This document shows, in pieces, positions 55,966 to 64,000 of a DNA stretch of 64,000 nucleotides (position 1 is the stretch's first letter; each line of letters begins with the position of its first letter). Origin of the DNA: an uncultured Gammaproteobacteria bacterium (GTDB taxonomy: Bacteria > Patescibacteriota > Microgenomatia > UBA12405 > BS750m-G30). Below the pieces are notes generated by a model. It was not told the origin of the DNA. It saw nothing but the letters and a program-made list of their open reading frames with translations, and searched no databases. Location of the stretch: contig CAZAEB010000001.1 of assembly GCA_964484095.1 (NCBI GenBank), positions 1,655 through 65,654 on the forward strand. The letters run 5' to 3'. Position numbers and translations under genes: made by a program.

Positions 55966-58170
55966 TCATTCCTTAATATTAATCAGAATGTTGCCTGGAG
56001 AAAGGGAAGTCAAGGGCCAAAAATTAAAAAGCTTTGGCCAAGTGCTGATCTGAAAATCGTACACCCGAGGCAAAGACTTAATTTTTTCATCGGCAATCTC
56101 CTTTCTTTTACCCCTAATTGCTCCTTTAATCCCCTCAACATCGATGTTGGGATAAGCCTTTCCATTAACCTCCAAATCCCCCTCCCAGGTACCGTCCTTG
56201 GAGCTTTTTGGAACAAAACTGAATTTAAAAGACTCTGGATTTATCTTTAAGCCAGAGTCCAGTTTTTCCCGCAAAATCTCTTGAGCAAAAATATCAATAT
56301 CGTTTTTAGAAAAAACCAGAACTGAAGCGCTAATCTTCAAAGACCCTTCTAAAACATCCCCCTCATCGCCAATGTTTTTATTGGTGTCAAACGAAGCAAT
56401 TTCTACCACTAATGTTTCCTCAATCATTCTATCATCGTCAGAAATTTGAGAAAGAAGTTCAGCCTTAATATCATCTTCCATTTTCAAAGAAAGCTCTTTT
56501 TTCAAACTATTAAAATCATCTTTTGATACTGCCAGCACCTCACGGCTTGTCCCTCCCGAAAAACTGCTTTTATTTTTCGCTAAATACGAGCTTTCCGGCT
56601 CTCCCTTAATAATAAAGCTTGTTTCTTTTGCAAGATTATAGTCACCGCCAATATCAACAGCCATTACCGCCGCTTCAGCTTCTCCCCATCGATCAACCCC
56701 ACTAACTAAGTCGGGGGTTTTTGAAGCAACCTTAATCCCCTCTTCCAAAGAAAACTCCAGAGCGCCTAGACTGCTAATAATGGTTCCTTTCTCAAAAGTT
56801 GCCTGCTTGTCGGTTCGATTGTAAACAGTCACTTTTCCGGACGCCCTTTCACCAATAAGCTTAATTCCTGTCGCGATTACTGAACCACCATCCTCTTTTT
56901 CGGCAGTAACAATATCTGTAGGAATCGTTTTTTCAGAAACAGATAAAAAGCCTCCTTTTTTCAACTCTACCGCCAGCGATTCTTCTACTGTTTGGGGAGT
57001 TACATATATATCAATGTTGGTTTTTGATAAAAATAAATTAAAACCAATAAAACCAGCTAGGCCCAAACCCAACAGCAAAAATAATTTTGTTTTTAGTTTT
57101 TTTAGAAGAGTAGGTCTAAATTTGGCAAATCCACCAAATTTGATTTTCGACAATAATGAGCTAAAAAACAGCCTCCTTTTTATATTTCCAATCGACCGGT
57201 TGTCTGTTTTTCCGTCAGTGATTATTTCTGAAGTCATATTTTCATAATTACTGATTATTGGCTCTCGTATTGCTTCTTGGGTAACTTTCATCATCGGTTC
57301 CGAATCTAAATTAATCTCTGCCTCTTGATTAAAGGCGTCCTGACTAGAAAAACCAAAGGGAAGACTTTTTTCGCTTTCAGACTCCTTTTCGACAACTGGT
57401 TTTAACCTATTTTCTTCTCCATTCTCTTCAGTCAGCCGATCGTTAATTATTGTACTATAAGCTCTGGCTGCCTCTGCCCAAGAAAGAATGACTACCTCAG
57501 GAAGGTGAAGAAAAAGATCTCCCTGTTTTTCCACCCATGGATAGTTGTTCATCTGCTGCTCAAAATCATCTTCCACCTCTCCCCAAATAGAAATTTGCGG
57601 AGGCATTACTCCATCAAAATCCAGCTGGGAAAGACCTTCCTTCACCTTTTGAGCCGTTAACTGCCCATCAATATTCAGCTTAATTCTGCCCCTAACCTTG
57701 CCGAGATGAATCAAAGAAATTCTTAATTCTCCCGGGCCAGAAAATATTGAGATAAAACTAGGCAGTGATCCGTCTTCAGAAGCATAATGACGAATCATCG
57801 CTTCATCGTCAACAATAAAACCACTAGGCTTAAGATTATAGCGATGACAAATTTCTCTTAAAAGCTCCTGTTTGGAATCAATAATTTTCTCGCTATTTAT
57901 CGTCCAAAAGGGAGAAACCATGAAAATAAGCTTAGATATATCCCTCCTCTGCTTGACATCGATTTTAGAAAGACAAACATCGGTAGAGTTTACTACTACA
58001 GTTTCAAAATCATCCTCTTTGTCAGCGTCCCATTTTTGAGATTCACCAACACAAACAACCCCTAACCCACCGTTTTTTTGAGGATTGTAAGAATAGAGAA
58101 TACTATTTACCAGCTTGTCACTGGCAACTACCATCAGCACTAGAAACGATGAAGAGCCGGTTGTCGTCAT
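55966..58170 (-). CDS. large hypothetical bitopic membrane protein (about 365-aa cytoplasmic domain, one TM, about 340-aa extracytoplasmic domain)
   Basis: 734 aa. Single central TM helix KLFLLLGLGLAGFIGFNLFL. No LPXTG motif. No recognisable catalytic motif. 4-nt overlap with alaS. Confidence 0.5.
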   Translation of the reverse strand: MTTTGSSSFLVLMVVASDKLVNSILYSYNPQKNGGLGVVCVGESQKWDADKEDDFETVVVNSTDVCLSKIDVKQRRDISKLIFMVSPFWTINSEKIIDSKQELLREICHRYNLKPSGFIVDDEAMIRHYASEDGSLPSFISIFSGPGELRISLIHLGKVRGRIKLNIDGQLTAQKVKEGLSQLDFDGVMPPQISIWGEVEDDFEQQMNNYPWVEKQGDLFLHLPEVVILSWAEAARAYSTIINDRLTEENGEENRLKPVVEKESESEKSLPFGFSSQDAFNQEAEINLDSEPMMKVTQEAIREPIISNYENMTSEIITDGKTDNRSIGNIKRRLFFSSLLSKIKFGGFAKFRPTLLKKLKTKLFLLLGLGLAGFIGFNLFLSKTNIDIYVTPQTVEESLAVELKKGGFLSVSEKTIPTDIVTAEKEDGGSVIATGIKLIGERASGKVTVYNRTDKQATFEKGTIISSLGALEFSLEEGIKVASKTPDLVSGVDRWGEAEAAVMAVDIGGDYNLAKETSFIIKGEPESSYLAKNKSSFSGGTSREVLAVSKDDFNSLKKELSLKMEDDIKAELLSQISDDDRMIEETLVVEIASFDTNKNIGDEGDVLEGSLKISASVLVFSKNDIDIFAQEILREKLDSGLKINPESFKFSFVPKSSKDGTWEGDLEVNGKAYPNIDVEGIKGAIRGKRKEIADEKIKSLPRVYDFQISTWPKLFNFWPLTSLSPGNILINIKE

Positions 58171-59960
58171 TCCATTTCCAGTTTAGCATAAATCCGCCTC
58201 TTGCCACTACCACAGCCCTCCTGTTTGACTATCTTAAATTCTCCCAAAACCCCCGTTAATTTTACATGAGGACCACCGCATACCTCACAGGAAAAATCAC
58301 CAATGGAATAAACCTTAACCATTTCCGGATACCTGTCAGAAAAAAAGGCGATTGCTCCTTTTTCCTGACTTTGTTTAAAACTCATCATTTCCATTTTAAC
58401 TGGCAGGTTTTCTTCGATCTTTTTATTAACTAATATTTCAACAGCCCTGATTTCTTTGTTAGTCAATGGGTCAAAATGAGTAAAGTCAAATCTCATTTTT
58501 TCGATAGTAATTGCCGACCCCACCTGAGAAACATGATCTCCCAAAACAGCAATAAGCGTCCGATGTAAAAGATGAGTCGCAGTATGATAGGCAATTTCCT
58601 TTTTAGATCTGCCCGACATTCCCCCTTTAAACCTTCCCAAAGACGCCTTTCTTGATTTTTCTTGATGTTCTTTCTGCTTCTCTAAAAACTCATCCTTATC
58701 AACGCAAAAACCTTGACTTTTAACCTCCTCTTTAATAAGCTCAAAAGGGAAACCAAAAGTTTCATAAAGATAAAAAGCATCTTTACCCGACAAAACCTTT
58801 TCTTTTTTCTTACCAAGCCCAACTAGCAAGCCTTCAAGTTTTGAAAGACCGGTTGTTAAACTATGAGAAAATCTCGCCTCTTCCTCAGAAAGAACGGACA
58901 AAATCTTCTCGCTACTGCCTAGCTCTGGATACTCTCCCGCCAAACTGTCCCTGTTTTCTAAAACCGCTTTGGCCACTTTTGATATAAAATCACCTTTGAT
59001 TCCAAGAAGTTTTCCTTGACGAATACTCCTTCTTATCAACCGACGCAAAATATAGCTTTCTTCCTTGTTCCCCGGAACAACACCGTCAGCAACGATAAAA
59101 ACCCCAGCTCTAACATGGTCGGCGATTATCCTGATCATTTTTTTATTTTTTTTCTCTTGATAAGAAACTCCCGAAAGTTTCTCCAAAACCTTAACAATTG
59201 GCTGCCAGGTCGGCGATTGATAATGGTCGTCGTTTCCTAAAATTACTGCCAAAGTCCTTTCCACCCCCATACCGGTATCAACATTTTTTTGTTTTAATGG
59301 AACAAACAAACCATTTTTCTTTTTATCATACTCTATAAAAACATTGTTCCAGATTTCAATATATTTGCCGCAACTACAACTAGGATTGCAATTATCACTA
59401 CAGCCCTTCTTGCCTGTATCATAAAAAATTTCTGAGTCCGGACCGCAAGGGCCGGTCTCTAGACCCCACCAGTTTTCCTTTTTATCGAAAAAGTAAATTC
59501 TTGACGAAGGAATTCCTAAAGACTCCCATACTTTGGCTGACTTTGTATCGCGCGGCACATCGTTATCGCCAGCAAAACAGGTAACCGATATTTTCTCTTT
59601 ATTAAGCCCTAAAACTTCCGTTAAAAATTCAAGGCTCCAGCTAATTGACTGCTCTTTAAAATAATCCCCTAAAGACCAGTTGCCAAGCATCTCAAACCAA
59701 GTGTGGTGAAATTTATTTCCCACCTCTTCAATATCCCCAGTTCTGACACATTCTTGAACGTCAACCAGCCTTTTTCCCAAAGGATGCTCCTCTCCTAAAA
59801 GATAAGGGACCAAGGGATGCATTCCGGCAGAAATAAAAAGAGTTGAAGAATCTCCTTCTGGCAGTAAGGAAGCAGAAGGAATTTCCCGATGACCTTTTTT
59901 TTCAAAAAAGGAAACGTATGCTTTTTTTAACTCTCTGGCAGTTTTAATTTTCATACCCAA
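58167..59960 (-). CDS. alaS: alanyl-tRNA synthetase, short form lacking the C-Ala domain
   Basis: 597 aa. N-terminal class II catalytic core (FFEKKGH...WNNVFIEYD). Editing-domain motifs HTATHLLH and CEVCGGPHV. About 270 aa shorter than canonical AlaRS. Confidence 0.9.
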   Translation of the reverse strand: MGMKIKTARELKKAYVSFFEKKGHREIPSASLLPEGDSSTLFISAGMHPLVPYLLGEEHPLGKRLVDVQECVRTGDIEEVGNKFHHTWFEMLGNWSLGDYFKEQSISWSLEFLTEVLGLNKEKISVTCFAGDNDVPRDTKSAKVWESLGIPSSRIYFFDKKENWWGLETGPCGPDSEIFYDTGKKGCSDNCNPSCSCGKYIEIWNNVFIEYDKKKNGLFVPLKQKNVDTGMGVERTLAVILGNDDHYQSPTWQPIVKVLEKLSGVSYQEKKNKKMIRIIADHVRAGVFIVADGVVPGNKEESYILRRLIRRSIRQGKLLGIKGDFISKVAKAVLENRDSLAGEYPELGSSEKILSVLSEEEARFSHSLTTGLSKLEGLLVGLGKKKEKVLSGKDAFYLYETFGFPFELIKEEVKSQGFCVDKDEFLEKQKEHQEKSRKASLGRFKGGMSGRSKKEIAYHTATHLLHRTLIAVLGDHVSQVGSAITIEKMRFDFTHFDPLTNKEIRAVEILVNKKIEENLPVKMEMMSFKQSQEKGAIAFFSDRYPEMVKVYSIGDFSCEVCGGPHVKLTGVLGEFKIVKQEGCGSGKRRIYAKLEME

Positions 59961-60061
59961 TTATATATAAGAGACTTTCGATTAACAAATTAAAGTCTTG
60001 ATTTTAAAATATAATTTAGTTATCATGATAACAATTAAAAGTTTAATCAAAAGGAGTGAAA

Positions 60062-60376
60062 ATGAATGACGATTACACAAAATCAGCTGATGATCAACAG
60101 ACCACCGATCAACCAGTAGATGTTACCCAACCGACAGACCAGCCAGCTGCTCCCAACACTGTTCCTTCCCCGCAAGAACCAGTAGCGGCGCCGGAGCCAA
60201 CCACGCCACCTGCATCAGAACCGATTACACCCCAGCCGCAGGAGCCAGCAGAAACACCGGTAGCGCCAGAACAGCCCCCAGAGCAAACACAAGAACCAGT
60301 AGTGCCAAGCGGGTTTGCCCCAACAGCTGCACCGACACCAACCACTGAGGAAAACCCTCAGCAAGAAGAAGAATAA
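60062..60376 (+). CDS. acidic Pro/Thr/Gln/Glu-rich low-complexity protein (hypothetical)
   Basis: 104 aa from the ATG at 60062. SD AAGGAG at 60051-60056. The sequence is PxxP/TPxP-type repeats. Local GC is about 55%. Confidence 0.45.
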   Translation: MNDDYTKSADDQQTTDQPVDVTQPTDQPAAPNTVPSPQEPVAAPEPTTPPASEPITPQPQEPAETPVAPEQPPEQTQEPVVPSGFAPTAAPTPTTEENPQQEEE

Positions 60377-60385
60377 GAAAAAAGA

Positions 60386-60649
60386 TTACTTTCTTTTTGA
60401 AAATAATCTTTTTTTAGCAGGAGCCTTATCCTCTTTTTTGGCCGAAATATTTTTAGCAACAGTGTTTTGAATTAGGGCTTTACCTTCATTGGCAACTATT
60501 TTTGTTTTTGCTCCTAAAAAGTTTACTATTTTGTTTCTGTCTTCTTCTTTCAGAAACAAACCAACGGCAAAACCAACAAGAGCACCTACTAGCACTCCGC
60601 CAATATTGCCATTATCACTTTTTTGATCTTTTTTCATCTTTGCCAACAA
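60386..60649 (-). CDS. YtxH-like small membrane protein (glycine-zipper)
   Basis: 87 aa. GGVLVGALVGFAVGLFL followed by a Lys-rich tail. Paired with the DUF948-like gene. Confidence 0.5.
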   Translation of the reverse strand: MLAKMKKDQKSDNGNIGGVLVGALVGFAVGLFLKEEDRNKIVNFLGAKTKIVANEGKALIQNTVAKNISAKKEDKAPAKKRLFSKRK

Positions 60650-60890
60650 AGCTTTTAATTAAACTAACAATTTCTACACTATTTCTCAACCCTTCAACGA
60701 TCCCGGAAAAAAGCGCTCCTGGTTCATTTAGTTTTGCTGTAAAAGAAGTAATCTCCTCGGCAGTATCATTAACCTTTTTAACAACATTTCTAATCTCTTT
60801 TAAAAACAAAATAAGCCAAATGCCAATAGCGATAAAAACCACCGTTAAGGCAACTATCGAAATAATAAGAACAATCTGAACTATATCCAT
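60615..60890 (-). CDS. DUF948 (YtxG-like) small membrane protein
   Basis: 91 aa. N-terminal TM helix IVQIVLIISIVALTVVFIAIGIWLILFL, then an amphipathic helix. Confidence 0.6.
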   Translation of the reverse strand: MDIVQIVLIISIVALTVVFIAIGIWLILFLKEIRNVVKKVNDTAEEITSFTAKLNEPGALFSGIVEGLRNSVEIVSLIKSFVGKDEKRSKK

Positions 60891-60930
60891 AGATAACTTT
60901 AAAAAGATATTCCCAAAATGTCAAGGTCGA

Positions 60931-61590
60931 CTATTGACAATTAATTTCCTTTTCCGTTTCGTAAATCTTTCCCAGCGGGCTTTGAGCCTTTATACTGATG
61001 GACTTTTTTCCAGAAACAAAAAGGAGTTGTTCGCTAAAATCTCCATTACTATCAACTTCAACAGGAATGTTGTCGATTATTATTGCACTCTCTGGATCTG
61101 TTTTACCTTCTATCACCACCCAAAACTGATCACCTTTTTTCTGACAGCCAACTTCATATTTCAACTCCGGAGGAGAGTTATAAGATAAATATTGATAAAA
61201 AAGATATCCTATCAATAAAAAAAATATTGTCCCCAGTCCCAATATTTTTGCTCTGTTGGGATCTAGGCTAATTTTTTCAACAACTCTTTTTGCTGTTTTT
61301 TTAATATCTCCGGCAAAAGACTGTCTATTTCCTAATTTTAGCCTTTTAGGCTGGCTTACTCCCAAATCTCTTCTAAAAAAAGAAATGCAATCGTCTCCGG
61401 ACAATCCCAAAAACTCTCCGTAGCTTCTAATATAGAGCCTAGCATAGCTTTCCCCAGGCAATAACTGGTACTGACCAGACTCGATTACCCTCAAGTACTT
61501 TAGAGGAATTTTTGTTTTGTCAGACACCTCTTGTAGATCAATTCTTCGCTCTAGCCTGGCTTTTTTTAAAATCTCAGCTGCAGTTTTCAT
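60931..61590 (-). CDS. rodZ: RodZ-like cytoskeleton protein (HTH, TM, C-terminal beta domain)
   Basis: 219 aa. XRE-type HTH at the N-terminus. TM helix ILGLGTIFFLLIGYLFYQYL. C-terminal periplasmic domain. Confidence 0.65.
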   Translation of the reverse strand: MKTAAEILKKARLERRIDLQEVSDKTKIPLKYLRVIESGQYQLLPGESYARLYIRSYGEFLGLSGDDCISFFRRDLGVSQPKRLKLGNRQSFAGDIKKTAKRVVEKISLDPNRAKILGLGTIFFLLIGYLFYQYLSYNSPPELKYEVGCQKKGDQFWVVIEGKTDPESAIIIDNIPVEVDSNGDFSEQLLFVSGKKSISIKAQSPLGKIYETEKEINCQ

Positions 61591-61601
61591 CTCTAATTTC
61601 C

Positions 61602-63731
61602 TTAACCTTGATCTATCTCTTCAGGAAGAGACTCCACCAAAACTTCTCTTGCCTTTGAACCTTCCGAAGGGCCAACAATACCCGCTACCTCCAACTGGTC
61701 AAGAATGCGAGCCGCTCTGGCATAACCCACCTTAAGACGGCGCTGCATTAAAGAAGCAGAGGCTTTTTTAGCATCAACCACCAGCTTTGCCGCCTGGGCA
61801 AAAATCTCATCTCTTTCCTCCCCATCAATCATCATTGATTTTGACCCAAAAACTGGAACCGGCTGAGTAACTACTTTCTCATCGTAAGCAGCCTCTCCCT
61901 GGTTTTTCAAAAACTCGGTCAGTCTACCGATCTCTTGGTCAGAAATGAAAGGACCTTGAATTCTAACCGGTTTTGCTTGATCAGGAGGAATATAAAGCAT
62001 GTCTCCTCTTCCCAATAATTTTTCTGCTCCGGGAGTATCTAAAATTACTCTCGAATCGATCATGCTGGAAACCGCAAAAGAAATTCTAGTGGGAATATTG
62101 GCTTTAATAAGTCCTGTCAAAACATCCACCGAAGGTCTTTGGGTTGCCAAAATAAGATGAATTCCTGTTGCCCTGGCCATCTGAGCAATTCTGCAAACAC
62201 TATCTTCAATCTCTGCCGGAGCAAAAAGCATCAAATCGGCCAGTTCATCGATAATGATAAGGATATTAGGCAATGATTGAAAACCAGCCATCTCATTGTA
62301 TCCGTCAATATTTCTTACCCCAACTTCAGCAAACAACTTATAGCGGCGATCCATTTCATTTATTGCCCATTTAAAAGAAGAAATCACTTTTTTCGGCTCA
62401 TGAATAACCGGAGTTAAAAGATGAGGAATACCATTATATGGAACCATTTCTACTCTTTTTGGATCAACCAAAATAAGTCTAACCTCATCGGGAGTAGCTC
62501 TGAACAAAAATGAACAAATCCAGGAATTAAGCAAAACGCTCTTTCCTGAACCTGTTTGTCCAGCTATAAGAACATGAGGCATTTTTTTAATGTCGGTAGC
62601 AATCGCCTCACCAGATACATCTAATCCTAAAGGAACTGCCAGCCTAGAATCATCCTCAATCATAACATCCGAGCTGAGCATTTTTTTCAAAGTCACCCCT
62701 TCGGAAGCTTTATTTGGAACCTCAATTCCAACCATAGATCGACCAGGAATCGGAGCCTCAATTCTAATCTGTCCGGTCGGAGCCGCTAAAGATAAAGCAA
62801 GATCATTAGCTAAATTGGTAATTTTTGAAAGTTTTGTTCCCAACGATACCTCAAGAGCATACTGGGTAACTGCCGGACCCATGTTAATCTCTGCCACCCT
62901 AGCAACTATTCCAAATGAGTCAAGAGTTTTTTCAATTTTCTGCGCATTTTCTTTGACGTTGCCACGATCAGCGTTTATCTTGCCGCTCTCTTCCAAAAGC
63001 TCCAAGGGTGGTTTTTTCCAAACTATTTTCTTATTTAAAGGAGAACTGGATATTAAAAGATCATCACTCATCTGCCCTTTTTCTCCATCCAACTGATTTT
63101 TAGACGCCTGGGCTTGTCCTAAAGATAGAGGAACAGAAACAGAGGGAGAAGGTTTTTCGGACAAATTCCCTTTTTTACCGTCAGACACAAAAATTGGCTC
63201 TATTTTCTTTTCTTTCTTTTTGCCGCTAATTATATATTTTTTAATGGTTTTTAAAACACTTGCTACAAATATAAATAGCTGATCTATGGAGGTGTTAAAC
63301 AAAACCACCAGTCCAATAACCGCTCCGAGTAAAAATATAATAAACGCTCCAACCGGAGTAATTAAAAACTCGACCTTATCCCAAATCCACATCCCAATCC
63401 TTCCCGTCTTTCCCAGCCCAAGCAAAGAGAGAAAAAATAAAACCATTCCCAAAGAAACATTCACCTCTCTTAAAGGAGTTTTAAACCTTGAAAACATCAA
63501 ACCAGCACTAATAAGTAAAAAGGGTAAAAATAACGAAACAAATCCTAGCCACTCAACAAAAATCTGATTAACTGAAGTAAAAATATAACCCTCTTTTAAA
63601 AAAGAAAAAACAACCAATAGCCCCAGACCGATAAGCAAAACAGAAGCAATCGAAAAAATGGTTCCTCTTTTAAGCTTTAACTTAAAAGATTGTTTTTTAA
63701 CACTGGTGCGTTTTCTTCTTTTTCTAGTCAT
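61602..63731 (-). CDS. ftsK: DNA translocase FtsK/SpoIIIE
   Basis: 709 aa. Four N-terminal TM helices. Walker A AGQTGSGKS. Walker B IIIDELAD. C-terminal winged-helix gamma domain. Confidence 0.9.
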   Translation of the reverse strand: MTRKRRKRTSVKKQSFKLKLKRGTIFSIASVLLIGLGLLVVFSFLKEGYIFTSVNQIFVEWLGFVSLFLPFLLISAGLMFSRFKTPLREVNVSLGMVLFFLSLLGLGKTGRIGMWIWDKVEFLITPVGAFIIFLLGAVIGLVVLFNTSIDQLFIFVASVLKTIKKYIISGKKKEKKIEPIFVSDGKKGNLSEKPSPSVSVPLSLGQAQASKNQLDGEKGQMSDDLLISSSPLNKKIVWKKPPLELLEESGKINADRGNVKENAQKIEKTLDSFGIVARVAEINMGPAVTQYALEVSLGTKLSKITNLANDLALSLAAPTGQIRIEAPIPGRSMVGIEVPNKASEGVTLKKMLSSDVMIEDDSRLAVPLGLDVSGEAIATDIKKMPHVLIAGQTGSGKSVLLNSWICSFLFRATPDEVRLILVDPKRVEMVPYNGIPHLLTPVIHEPKKVISSFKWAINEMDRRYKLFAEVGVRNIDGYNEMAGFQSLPNILIIIDELADLMLFAPAEIEDSVCRIAQMARATGIHLILATQRPSVDVLTGLIKANIPTRISFAVSSMIDSRVILDTPGAEKLLGRGDMLYIPPDQAKPVRIQGPFISDQEIGRLTEFLKNQGEAAYDEKVVTQPVPVFGSKSMMIDGEERDEIFAQAAKLVVDAKKASASLMQRRLKVGYARAARILDQLEVAGIVGPSEGSKAREVLVESLPEEIDQG

Positions 63732-63736
63732 AAGAG

Positions 63737-64000
63737 TTAAACCTCAATAACCACTGGAATAACCATCGGCTGTCGGCCGGTTTCCTTGTAAACCAGCTCT
63801 TCAATCTTTCCTTGGACTGTTTGCTTAACCACCTGCATACTGGATGCTTTTTTCTTTGAATCAATAAAAGCCTGCCTTGCCGCTTCTTCAAGCGCTTTGA
63901 TAAACTCACGGCTCTCTTTCACATAAACAAATCCTCGACTAACAACCGTAGGTTTACCCAATAAGTTTTCCTTTTCGTCAATAGAGAAAACAACTACCAC
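63737..64000 (-). CDS. partial CDS (C-terminal region; gene continues beyond the window), possibly RNase J
   Basis: 87 aa of the C-terminus are visible, ending ...QPMVIPVVIEV, like the RNase J C-terminal domain. Tentative. Confidence 0.4.
   Translation of the reverse strand: MVVVFSIDEKENLLGKPTVVSRGFVYVKESREFIKALEEAARQAFIDSKKKASSMQVVKQTVQGKIEELVYKETGRQPMVIPVVIEV

Noticed and set aside
60109-60345. Gly-rich 78-aa minus-strand ORF
   Set aside because: It is the reverse-complement shadow of the proline-codon (CCN) repeats of the plus-strand ORF. The plus strand has a consensus SD and the minus strand has none.
1-64000. CRISPR arrays, tandem repeats, IS elements, integrases, phage genes
   Set aside because: No direct-repeat/spacer periodicity was seen. 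No transposase, integrase or recombinase ORFs are present. The only repetitive DNA is the codon-level Pro/Thr repeat in 60100-60350. No mobile or defence element is supported.

Overview
This 64-kb window is low-GC (about 35%), very gene-dense (about 93% coding) and mostly minus-strand. Its core is an uninterrupted transcription/translation supercluster, all on the minus strand from 26625 to 53499. The genome uses the standard genetic code: TGA is a genuine stop in secD and rpoB. The evidence points to a reduced-genome bacterium of CPR/Patescibacteria- or Firmicute-like character. Nothing mobile or CRISPR-like is present.

Genes in the supercluster, in transcription order, are: rpoB, rpoC, rpsL, rpsG, fusA, tuf, rpsJ, rplC, rplD, rplW, rplB, rpsS, rplV, rpsC, rplP, rpmC, rpsQ, rplN, rplX, rplE, rpsZ, rpsH, rplF, rplR, rpsE, rplO, secY, adk, map, infA, rpmJ, rpsM, rpsK, rpsD, rpoA, rplQ, rplM, rpsI. 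There is no rpmD (L30) between rpsE and rplO.

Flanking housekeeping genes are typA, a SurA_N-like chaperone plus cyclophilin, dus, gltX, a D-Ala-D-Ala carboxypeptidase, aspS (lacking the GAD domain), recJ, cca, a membrane-protein ABC-2 transporter, hup, rny, recX-recA, tRNA-Pro(GGG), mltG, ruvX, alaS (short form), a rodZ-like gene, ftsK and a partial RNase J.

The most interesting parts are:
- A six-gene overlapping operon, DUF4446 - DUF3048 - wHTH/nucleotidyltransferase-like - AbrB/MazE-like - secD - secF, in which a regulator/TA-like pair sits directly upstream of secDF.
- Unannotated small-gene/ncRNA loci on the plus strand: a leaderless basic membrane ORF, a Zn-ribbon 48-aa gene with terminator, and a minimal roughly 265-nt RNase P RNA.
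- A recurrent leaderless promoter architecture: an (extended) -10 element 6-9 nt upstream of the ATG.
- A hypothetical gene split by one in-frame TGA.
- secY broken by a -1 frameshift at a T-homopolymer.
- A sortase plus a 734-aa membrane protein inserted into the conserved alaS-ruvX-mltG neighbourhood.
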